In this document: positions 16,369-23,738 of the stretch, piece by piece | Layout: each line of letters begins with the position of its first letter | How positions within the stretch are numbered: position 1 is the stretch's first letter | Assembly: GCA_017394805.1 (NCBI GenBank) | Contig: JAFPXC010000011.1 | Span: 20,421-84,420 of the forward strand | DNA: 64,000 nt | Source of the DNA: Clostridia bacterium | GTDB taxonomy: Bacteria; Bacillota; Clostridia; Christensenellales; CAG-1252 | Reading direction: 5' to 3' | Position numbers and translations under genes: made by a program | Notes under the pieces: generated by a model | Told to the model about the DNA's origin: nothing | Databases searched by the model: none | The model's input: the letters and a program-made list of their open reading frames with translations, nothing else

Positions 16369-17568
16369 ATGATGTTGTTATCGTTCGGCTTGATACTATT
16401 GGTCGGGTTTGTCGTGGGGTGGCTGCTCAACAAGATACGTGTACCGGGCTTGGTGGGCATGATCGTGGTCGGACTGGTTTTTGGACCCTATTGCCTCAAT
16501 ATCATTGATTCTTCTATCTTGGATATTTCGTCGGAGTTGCGCCAAATTGCTTTGGTGATTATTCTCACGCGTTCGGGGTTAAATCTCGACCTTAAAAAAT
16601 TGCTGTCCGTAGGCACCCCCGCCTTGCTGATGAGCTTTATTCCCGCCACCTTTGAGATGGTGGGCACCATGCTCGGCGCACACTATTTGCTAAACCTTAC
16701 GTGGGTTGAAAGCCTGTTGCTCGGTGCCGTGTTGGGTGCCGTGTCACCCGCTGTCGTTTCCCCGCGCATGATCAAACTCATTGAGGAAAAACGCGGTGCC
16801 GAGCACGCCGTTCCCTCTATCGTATTGGCGGGGGCATCGGTCGATGACATATATACAATCACGTTGTTTTACGCCTTCCTCGGTATCGTTCAAAACCACA
16901 AAGCCGACGCGTTGTCCATTGCCCTTGTGCCCGTTTCTATCTTACTTGGCATAGCATTGGGTATTGTGGTAGGTGTGTGCCTCTTGTTTCTCTTCCGCAA
17001 AACGCATCTGCCACTCGCCGCCAAAATGCTTATTCTTTTATCCGTTTCCCTATTGATGGTAGGGCTGGAAACCCTAGTCAAACCGTGGATAGATATATCC
17101 TCTCTACTGGGCGTGATGGTAGTGGGTATGATCCTCGCTTTCAAACATAAAGATACGGCGGAGGAGTTATCCAACGGATATAAGTCGCTGTGGACGTTTT
17201 TCGAGGTGTTATTGTTTGTGTTGATGGGTGCAGCCGTGGATTTTCGGCTTATCACATCGGTTGGTTGGCAAGCGGTGGTCGTCTTACTCATTGGTTTGTC
17301 TTTCCGCACCGTCGGCGTAATCGTGTGTATGCTGTTTGCCAAAGCCACTTGGCGAGAGCGTTTTTTTGCCGTATTCGCCTATTTGCCCAAGGCAACAGTG
17401 CAAGCCTCAATAGGGGGTATTGCGCTGTCTCTCGGATTAGACTGTGGCAGTGTGATATTACTTGTCTCGGTATTGGCTATCGTAGTCACGGCACCTATCG
17501 GCGCTTTTTTAATCGACTTCTTTGGAAAGCGGTGGCTTGTGCCTATACAAGAAACACCAGATAAATAA
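16369..17568 (+). CDS. Cation:proton antiporter (Na+/H+ exchanger family)
   Basis: 399 aa, polytopic, with about 11-12 hydrophobic helices. The N-terminus LLVGFVVGWLLNKIRVPGLVGMIVVGLVFGP is typical of CPA-type exchangers. I moved the start to ATG 16369 (GGAGG 6 nt upstream) because the track start at 16306 lies inside the leader terminator. Confidence 0.8.
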   Translation: MMLLSFGLILLVGFVVGWLLNKIRVPGLVGMIVVGLVFGPYCLNIIDSSILDISSELRQIALVIILTRSGLNLDLKKLLSVGTPALLMSFIPATFEMVGTMLGAHYLLNLTWVESLLLGAVLGAVSPAVVSPRMIKLIEEKRGAEHAVPSIVLAGASVDDIYTITLFYAFLGIVQNHKADALSIALVPVSILLGIALGIVVGVCLLFLFRKTHLPLAAKMLILLSVSLLMVGLETLVKPWIDISSLLGVMVVGMILAFKHKDTAEELSNGYKSLWTFFEVLLFVLMGAAVDFRLITSVGWQAVVVLLIGLSFRTVGVIVCMLFAKATWRERFFAVFAYLPKATVQASIGGIALSLGLDCGSVILLVSVLAIVVTAPIGAFLIDFFGKRWLVPIQETPDK

Positions 17569-17631
17569 AAATGGGATAACTAGCGGAATCACTAATTATC
17601 CCATTGGCGGGGACGCATTACCCCGAAGAAT

Positions 17632-17892
17632 TTACGCTACATATTCACGCGTTTGCATTACGGTGTGAACCCGTCGGCCGTCTTTACGTCGGCGATCTGC
17701 AAACATGGAATTGTAGAACTTGTCGCGTTTCGTGGTACGTGCGAAGAACACATCTCGGCTAACCACCATCGGCGTTGTGTCGTCGTCATACATAATCTCA
17801 ATGTACTGACAGACGATAAAATGCTTGGTGCGATATATGTTATTCGGTGCGTCTTTGTCGTAGTCCAACTCGCTCAAATCTACGCTTACCAT
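17632..17892 (-). CDS. Hypothetical protein (86 aa)
   Basis: ORF 12 nt downstream of the regulator-like gene. No motif. Confidence 0.5.
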   Translation of the reverse strand: MVSVDLSELDYDKDAPNNIYRTKHFIVCQYIEIMYDDDTTPMVVSRDVFFARTTKRDKFYNSMFADRRRKDGRRVHTVMQTREYVA

Positions 17893-17904
17893 AGGCTACC
17901 TCCT

Positions 17905-18213
17905 TTATACATTGTTGTCTTCACTGTGATCGGACAAGTATTGGCATAACTGTTGACAAAACTTGGAAATGCAACTTGTCGAAACACAAAACCGGTCAGC
18001 GAGTACCTCTTGGCTCTGGTCGGTCAAATAGTACTCATAGTAGATATGCAACAATCTCAACGGCGCGTTTTTCATCAACGCATCATAATACGCTTTCAAT
18101 AACTTCAATCTCTCACTGCGCACATCATCATTATGCGCATCAAAAACATCTCGATAGGAATGGTAATACTTGATTTCCATCAACTCATCTCTAACTTGCT
18201 TTTTACTCTTCAT
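17905..18213 (-). CDS. Sigma region-4-like / DUF1492-like phage transcriptional regulator (102 aa)
   Basis: The C-terminal segment SQEVLADRFCVSTSCISKFCQQL resembles a sigma-70 region 4.2 helix-turn-helix. The Tyr-rich N-terminal helix region resembles small phage late regulators. This is from memory only. Confidence 0.5.
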   Translation of the reverse strand: MKSKKQVRDELMEIKYYHSYRDVFDAHNDDVRSERLKLLKAYYDALMKNAPLRLLHIYYEYYLTDQSQEVLADRFCVSTSCISKFCQQLCQYLSDHSEDNNV

Positions 18214-18333
18214 TTCCGTGTCCGCCTCCTTATAAAAATCACCGTACCCCCTTTGGTTGTATAATGCAGGATGGTCTACATCGGTGGGGCGAACACCAAC
18301 AACTACGCGGAGTATTTTTCTCGTGTGTATATG

Positions 18334-18361
18334 ATTATACCATATTTACATTGAATGTCAA
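18334..18361 (-). promoter_or_regulatory. Consensus extended -10 promoter for the regulator-like gene
   Basis: The minus strand reads TTGACA (18361-18356), a 16-nt spacer ending in TGg, then TATAAT (18339-18334). Confidence 0.65.
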
Positions 18362-18398
18362 GTATAAATTACAACTTATCGTTGTATTTTTCGTACAC

Positions 18399-18521
18399 TT
18401 ATTGACCTAACAGCCGTTTGATGTACGCCTTGTAACATGCCAGCGCTATAATCATTTTCTCTTGGTCGGACAATTCCTTCCACTCGGGACTATGTAACGA
18501 TATAATAACGAATTCATCCAT
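18399..18521 (-). CDS. Small 40-aa ORF (MDEFVIISLHSPEWKELSDQEKMIIALACYKAYIKRLLGQ)
   Basis: AAAGGAGGTG lies 6 nt upstream of ATG 18521. The track ORF extends 28 codons upstream across repeat c2. Confidence 0.45.
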   Translation of the reverse strand: MDEFVIISLHSPEWKELSDQEKMIIALACYKAYIKRLLGQ

Positions 18522-18675
18522 CGCGTTCACCTCCTTTGCCTTTGATACTTCCATTGTAGAACTTGGGACTGTAAAAACGCCATAGACGGAATGCACGCAA
18601 ATCATACCCGACTGTACTACTTTCGGACGGCACTGTCACTTGACTTGAATTGACTAGTAAACACTAGCACATCAA
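18522..18675 (-). repeat. Repeat copy c2
   Basis: Core at 18563-18611. It is direct with c1 and inverted relative to c3: TTGGGACTGTA at 18563-18573 matches TACAGTCCCAA at 19004-19014, and GCCATAGAC at 18579-18587 matches GTCTATGGC at 18990-18998. Confidence 0.8.
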
Positions 18676-18860
18676 AACACAAGAGAGATTATTCGCCTTG
18701 CGTCTTGGCAGTCTACCACAGTCCGCCCCGCTTCGCAATGGGTGGGTAGATTTTTTCTCTAAAGCGAAATAATCTACTGTTCCCCCTGTATCCTTGCTCG
18801 CGGTTCGGCCGGTGGTGCCTCGCCTGTGCCGCTTGGCAAATTTATATATAAGGAGTCCAA

Positions 18861-19034
18861 ATGATGATTCGAGATAAACCAAATAGAACAGTAAATCGAA
18901 AACAAACAGATACTCAACTGACAGTTCATTCCAATGGATTCATCTTCATTCCAAAACAGGTGCAATCCGATGGGTTTTCCACCCATTCAGTCTATGGCAA
19001 AAGTACAGTCCCAAAGGGTACCATAGAAGTATAA
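18861..19034 (+). CDS. Small 57-aa ORF, possibly SpoVT/AbrB-like, absent from the ORF track
   Basis: Manual translation: MMIRDKPNRTVNRKQTDTQLTVHSNGFIFIPKQVQSDGFSTHSVYGKSTVPKGTIEV. AAGGAG lies 5 nt upstream. The GFIFIPKQV segment resembles the GxxxIPKxx strand of AbrB-type folds (weak). Its 3' end contains repeat c3. Confidence 0.45.
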   Translation: MMIRDKPNRTVNRKQTDTQLTVHSNGFIFIPKQVQSDGFSTHSVYGKSTVPKGTIEV

Positions 19035-19059
19035 ACACAAACCACAAGGAGGTAACAAT
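18968..19059 (+). repeat. Repeat copy c3
   Basis: CCACCCATTCAGTCTATGGC (18979-18998) is the exact reverse complement of c1 at 15985-16004. The similarity to c2 continues downstream (TACCATAGAAGTATAAAC versus TACAATGGAAGTATCAAA). Confidence 0.8.
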
Positions 19060-19464
19060 ATGAAAAAAGCCGTCATTTATGCAAGGTATCGTGGAGATGC
19101 CAGCATACCCGCACAACCGTATATCGAGGAACAAATTGAAAAGTGCATGTGCTATGCGCAAGAACACGATATACAAGTCAAAAGAGTCTATACCGAGATA
19201 GAAGTATGGGGAGTACCCGCACAACCGAGAGTAATCCGCGAACAAATGATATTGGACAGCGCAAGTCACGAATGGGATACCGTACTCGTTACCGATATGG
19301 ACAAGCTCGCAAGAAAACGCACTGACGCTTGGGAGTGCAAACACCGTTTAGAAAAGAACGGAGTCACCATCGAGCCCATCACTCAAAAGAACATTGCCGA
19401 GGAAATCATCATCGAACAAATCTTGATTGGCATGGAAAAGTATGAAGCAAGGAGGAAGAAATAA
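19060..19464 (+). CDS. Resolvase-domain-only serine-recombinase paralog lacking the canonical nucleophile context
   Basis: 134 aa. AVIYARYRGDAS stands where the neighbouring recombinase has AVIYARYSSESQ. DMDKLARK stands where the neighbour has KLDRFSRN. The stop overlaps the next ATG (TAATG). Confidence 0.7.
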   Translation: MKKAVIYARYRGDASIPAQPYIEEQIEKCMCYAQEHDIQVKRVYTEIEVWGVPAQPRVIREQMILDSASHEWDTVLVTDMDKLARKRTDAWECKHRLEKNGVTIEPITQKNIAEEIIIEQILIGMEKYEARRKK

Positions 19465-21011
19465 TGCAAACAGCGGTAATCTATGCTCGCTACAGCAGCG
19501 AATCGCAAAACGAACAGTCCATAGAAGGACAGTTGCGCGTGTGTAACGCGTACGCGGAGGCGCATCATCTATTGGTTCTCAATCAATATATCGACCGCGC
19601 TATGACAGGCAGAAATGACGCCAGACCGGAATTCCAAAAGATGCTCGCGGACAGCAAAGACCACAAATTCGAGGTGGTGCTGGTCTACAAGTTGGATAGG
19701 TTCTCCCGTAACAAATACGAATCGGTCATGCACAAGAAAACGTTGAAAGACAACGGAGTGATCGTCGTATCGGCGACAGAGAACATACCCGACACACCCG
19801 AGGGCGTTATCTTGGAATCGCTTTTGGAAGGCATGAACCAATACTACTCGATGGAGTTGTCCCAAAAAGTACACCGTGGCTTGACCGAGAGTTATCTCAA
19901 AGGCAACTTTACCGGCGGGCGCATTCGCTACGGCTATAGAGTCGAAGGCAAAAAGGTGTACATCGTCGAAGAAGAGGCAGCCATTATCCGTGAGGTGTAT
20001 TTCAAATACGCACAGGGATATACCGTGCCCGACATTCTTCTTTCCCTCAATAATCGCAACCTACGAAACCGAGAGGGCAACTCCTTCCACGTGAAATACC
20101 TATACGATATGCTTCACTATCCCAAATATCGGGGGTTGGTAGAACACGATGGGGTTGTCTACGACAACATATTCCCGCGTATCATAAGCGACGAGATATG
20201 GGAAAAAGTCTCACAACGACACCAAGAAGACGCGTTGGGCGTCGGCGTCAAAACAAGCAGCAACTATCTATTGTCCGGCAAGATGTACTGCGCTCATTGC
20301 TTTCATCCGCTAATCGGCATCTCTGCGCATGGTCGGCACTGCAAATACTACTATTATGCCTGTAATCGGGGCCGTCGCGTACCGAATGACTGCGAAGCGA
20401 GACCGCTCGACAGAGATACGATACACGACATAGTATTCAACACGACCTGCGCTCTCGTTGCCGACAATAATATGATCGCCGAGCTTGCTCATCTCATTAT
20501 GCAAGAGCACAACCGAGCCGTGAAAGACGACTACACGTTGCAATCGCTGGAGAGCAGGTTGCAAACAGTAAAGCGTGCGATGGAGAATTTGTTGCGTGCC
20601 ATTGAGTCGGGCATCATCACCGAGCAAACGAAAGCGCGTATGGAAGAACTGCAAGAACAAGCACAACGCTTGCAGCTGGAAATCAACGTGGAGAAGATAC
20701 GGGTACGCCCCGACCTCGAAACCATTGATGTCGTGGACTTCCTGCGATCGCAATTCTTTGGCGAAACGCAAGACGACGAGATACGAAAAGCGTTGCTGAA
20801 AACTTTTATCTACACGATAATACGCGATGACAACAAGATAACGATAGTGTACAACTTCCGCAATGATTACAACCCGACGAAAATCAAGCGAGAGGAATTG
20901 GAAACGCTACTACATATAGCAGAACAAAAAGGGGTGGTCTTCAAAAAGGCCACCTACTTTTTTACTCCAGACCGCTTCGGAGTACAAATATCCTACAATC
21001 CGTCGGCGTAA
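19464..21011 (+). CDS. Large serine recombinase (515 aa)
   Basis: N-terminal resolvase domain with YARYSSESQ and VYKLDRFSRN. It also has a recombinase domain, a Cys-rich zinc-ribbon region (CAHC...C...C) and a C-terminal coiled coil. Confidence 0.9.
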   Translation: MQTAVIYARYSSESQNEQSIEGQLRVCNAYAEAHHLLVLNQYIDRAMTGRNDARPEFQKMLADSKDHKFEVVLVYKLDRFSRNKYESVMHKKTLKDNGVIVVSATENIPDTPEGVILESLLEGMNQYYSMELSQKVHRGLTESYLKGNFTGGRIRYGYRVEGKKVYIVEEEAAIIREVYFKYAQGYTVPDILLSLNNRNLRNREGNSFHVKYLYDMLHYPKYRGLVEHDGVVYDNIFPRIISDEIWEKVSQRHQEDALGVGVKTSSNYLLSGKMYCAHCFHPLIGISAHGRHCKYYYYACNRGRRVPNDCEARPLDRDTIHDIVFNTTCALVADNNMIAELAHLIMQEHNRAVKDDYTLQSLESRLQTVKRAMENLLRAIESGIITEQTKARMEELQEQAQRLQLEINVEKIRVRPDLETIDVVDFLRSQFFGETQDDEIRKALLKTFIYTIIRDDNKITIVYNFRNDYNPTKIKREELETLLHIAEQKGVVFKKATYFFTPDRFGVQISYNPSA

Positions 21012-21059
21012 GCCGATGCCATAGCTCGTGTCATGTCTGCTTGATGCTATATCCTCCTT

Positions 21060-21085
21060 CCCCCTACGGGGGTTTTCTTTTTTGT
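21060..21085 (+). terminator. Intrinsic terminator after the recombinase genes
   Basis: CCCCC-TAC-GGGGG (21060-21072) followed by TTTTCTTTTTT. Confidence 0.65.
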
Positions 21086-21215
21086 ACAGTCTAGCACATT
21101 GAGCCACCACTGCCAAAGGGCAATTCTTGTCCCCTTGGGAGTTCCCCCTTTGTTGTGGCGTCTCAACGCGCTCGGGGGCGCCTGTACCGAAAACCATTCG
21201 GAAGGAGGATTAGAT

Positions 21216-21539
21216 ATGTATATCAGTTATTCAGCAGACACCTACGACACTTTGAGTTATGGCATCATCTCGTTCCGCCCGTGGGAACGTGAATGCGCGC
21301 TCGCGGTTGCAGAGCAAATCAAAAACGTCTTTTGTCTACCCAACAATATCGACGAAGACGACGGTGAAGTGTATTTCGAGATTGACGATAGGCACCTGTT
21401 TTACGGTGAAATCAAGCCGTATTTCTTCAAAGCCGTGTCGGCGTTCTACGACAGAAAACGCGAAGAAAAACGATTGGCAGAATTGGCAGCCAAAGAGGTA
21501 GCAAAGAACACCAAGCAGGACGAAACGCCCGTGGATTAA
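21216..21539 (+). CDS. Hypothetical protein (107 aa)
   Basis: I moved the start to ATG 21216 (MYISYSADTY...), which has GGAAGGAGG 7 nt upstream. No motif. Confidence 0.5.
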   Translation: MYISYSADTYDTLSYGIISFRPWERECALAVAEQIKNVFCLPNNIDEDDGEVYFEIDDRHLFYGEIKPYFFKAVSAFYDRKREEKRLAELAAKEVAKNTKQDETPVD

Positions 21540-21609
21540 AGTGCTTGCGTTTACTAGCAAATGCTAGCAAATCATAGTACAACCATATCGCTACACGAAC
21601 CGCTTGAAA

Positions 21610-21650
21610 CCCGATGTTGAGGAATTGTCCCCCGGCATCGGGCTTTTTTA
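21610..21650 (+). terminator. Candidate intrinsic terminator
   Basis: The CCCGATG/CATCGGG stem (21610-21616 and 21636-21642) has a large loop and is followed by CTTTTTTAT. Confidence 0.45.
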
Positions 21651-21796
21651 TGGTGCGTGCAACAACCTATGCCTATAGAATAAAGTGATAGTGAAGTGCT
21701 GATAAAGTGCGACCGAAATGCTACAGTTTTCCGATGACGTATTGCCCATTTCAAGTACACTGACAGCGCGTTCCGCCAAAAAGCCTAAAGCATAAT

Positions 21797-22153
21797 CACC
21801 CTTGGGGCACCACCAAGCAACCTTTGCAACCGAAGGTTGCTTTTTTTATGCCCCGCGACGGTCTGCGCTCTGCGCAAGACGGTGCGAGGGCATAAAAAAG
21901 CGAGTGCCTTTAGGCACGGAAGGTTGCTTGGTGGTGACGGAACCCTTGGGGCAAGGCAGGACAGTCTTGAGCGTAGCGAAAGGCTTGTACTGCTATCACG
22001 GTTATCCTTGTACGAATGCAATGAGCGTAAAATACGATGGTGCAGGCCCCCACTGGGGAGGGACAGGACGGTTACGAGCGTAGCGAGGAACTCGCCCTGC
22101 TATCACGGATATCCTTTCGCAAGACGGTGCGAAAGCATAAAAAAAGGACTCGC
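21797..22153. repeat. Degenerate direct repeats and dense dyad symmetry in the non-coding junction
   Basis: Two 53-nt units at 21957-22009 and 22064-22116 are about 75% identical. GCAAGACGGTGCGA(G/A)(G/A)GCATAAAAAA occurs at 21874 and 22119. ACCCTTGGGGCA occurs at 21797 and 21941. A 17-bp inverted repeat joins 21809-21825 and 21920-21936. A terminator-like hairpin at 21816-21841 is followed by a T-run. Confidence 0.7.
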
Positions 22154-22253
22154 GCAAGTTAATCCCCAACTGCATGACCGGTTGGCAACTATTAACGCAA
22201 ATCCCTCTTAACCCAAGTGTAGTCCGCGTTTTGGAAAATGTCAACAAAAAAGT

Positions 22254-22655
22254 TTACGCACGATTGCCAGATAGCGCTTCCACCTCGCGTTGGACGTCTT
22301 CGGGGTTTTTGACGTTGACGAAATAGATATTTTCGCCGCCCTTGCCCGCAAAGGTCAGGGTGCCGAAGCCAAACGCATTCTTCTTGACGAGAATCTTTTC
22401 GACGGTGGCGAGGTCTTTCTCTTTGAACGCGTCTTTGGGCCACAGGCATTTAACGACGAGGCGGCGGTCGGTCACTACGTACTCGGTGGCCGCGAACTGC
22501 TTGGTGTCCCGAATAGCCTTGATGAGCGGAATGAAGAAAAACCAACAAAACAGCACGCCGACCACCCAAGACCAAAACAAGGGCGTTTTGCTTCTTTCGG
22601 GCGTCAATACCACCCGCTCGCCCGCCTGCAACTTCTCGTTTTCGATAATACCCAT
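22254..22655 (-). CDS. Bacterial PH-domain (YdbS/DUF304-like) membrane protein
   Basis: Two hydrophobic helices are followed by EYVVTDRRLVVK...TLTFAGKGGENIYFVNVKNPEDV, which is typical of bPH_2 proteins. I moved the start to ATG 22655 (AAGGAG 5 nt upstream). Confidence 0.65.
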   Translation of the reverse strand: MGIIENEKLQAGERVVLTPERSKTPLFWSWVVGVLFCWFFFIPLIKAIRDTKQFAATEYVVTDRRLVVKCLWPKDAFKEKDLATVEKILVKKNAFGFGTLTFAGKGGENIYFVNVKNPEDVQREVEALSGNRA

Positions 22656-22797
22656 AGTCACTCCTTGTCAAATTCATCCGACGCTCACGCACATCGTTCG
22701 CTCTTCTTAGATTATACAACTATTTTTCGCCGAAATCAACACCGTATGCTTGCGTTTTTTGCGCGTTTCGCCTATAACTGTATCAAAGGAGATAGTT

Positions 22798-23577
22798 ATG
22801 AGATTCTACGTAGTCGCCGACGTACACGGATTTTATACCCCTATGATAGAAGCCCTCGCCCAAGCGGGTTATTTTGACTATGCTGGAGAGAAAAAACTCC
22901 TGATGTTGGGCGACCTATTGGACAGAGGCAAAGAGACGGTAAAAATGCAGGACTTCGTCTACGACCTCCTTATGAAAAACGAAGTCATTTTGGTGCGCGG
23001 CAACCACGAAGACCTTTTGGAGGACTTGGTGGACGATCTCGCCGCCTATGCCGAATTGGGATTGCATTATACCCACCACTATCGCAATCGCACGGTGCAG
23101 ACGGTCGCCGACCTCTGCCGCTGTTCGGTAGGCACTATGATCGAAGAGCCCTATCAAATACGCTCGCGTATGCGTCAAACCCCGTTCATGCGGATCGTGA
23201 TGCCCGAAATGCACGACTACTACGAGACCGAACACTATGTGTTCGTCCACGGTTGGATACCCATGATCGACCTCTCCTCCATAGGACAGCACGGACAATT
23301 CCTCTACGACCCCGCCTGGCGCGACGCCACCCTCGACAGGTGGAACAAGGCGCGTTGGTACAACGGCATTGACGCAGCGCGGGCGGGCATACTCGTACCC
23401 GACAAGACCGTGATATGCGGGCATTGGCATTGCTCGTACGGGCACTTCCTCGACGGCGCGCCCGAAGAGTTCGGAGCGGGAGCGGATTTCTCCCCCTATC
23501 GGGCTGACGGCGTCATCGCCATCGACGCGTGCACGGCACTATCGGGCAAGGTAAACGTGCTGGTCGTGGACGACTGA
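22798..23577 (+). CDS. Metallophosphoesterase (Ser/Thr phosphatase-like)
   Basis: Motifs ADVHG, LGDLLDRG and VRGNHE. ATG 22798 follows AAAGGAG. Confidence 0.85.
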   Translation: MRFYVVADVHGFYTPMIEALAQAGYFDYAGEKKLLMLGDLLDRGKETVKMQDFVYDLLMKNEVILVRGNHEDLLEDLVDDLAAYAELGLHYTHHYRNRTVQTVADLCRCSVGTMIEEPYQIRSRMRQTPFMRIVMPEMHDYYETEHYVFVHGWIPMIDLSSIGQHGQFLYDPAWRDATLDRWNKARWYNGIDAARAGILVPDKTVICGHWHCSYGHFLDGAPEEFGAGADFSPYRADGVIAIDACTALSGKVNVLVVDD

Positions 23578-23738
23578 CAATATTTTCATTTCGCACGCCG
23601 TTTTTTCATTTTTTGGTGAGTAAAACGGCGTTTTATTTCGTTATATAGTCGAATACCCGTCGCCATCTCGACTTGATTTGACGATAAGACTGTGGTACAA
23701 TCTATTCGTAGCCGTACCGTACGGCAAAGGAGATAGAA

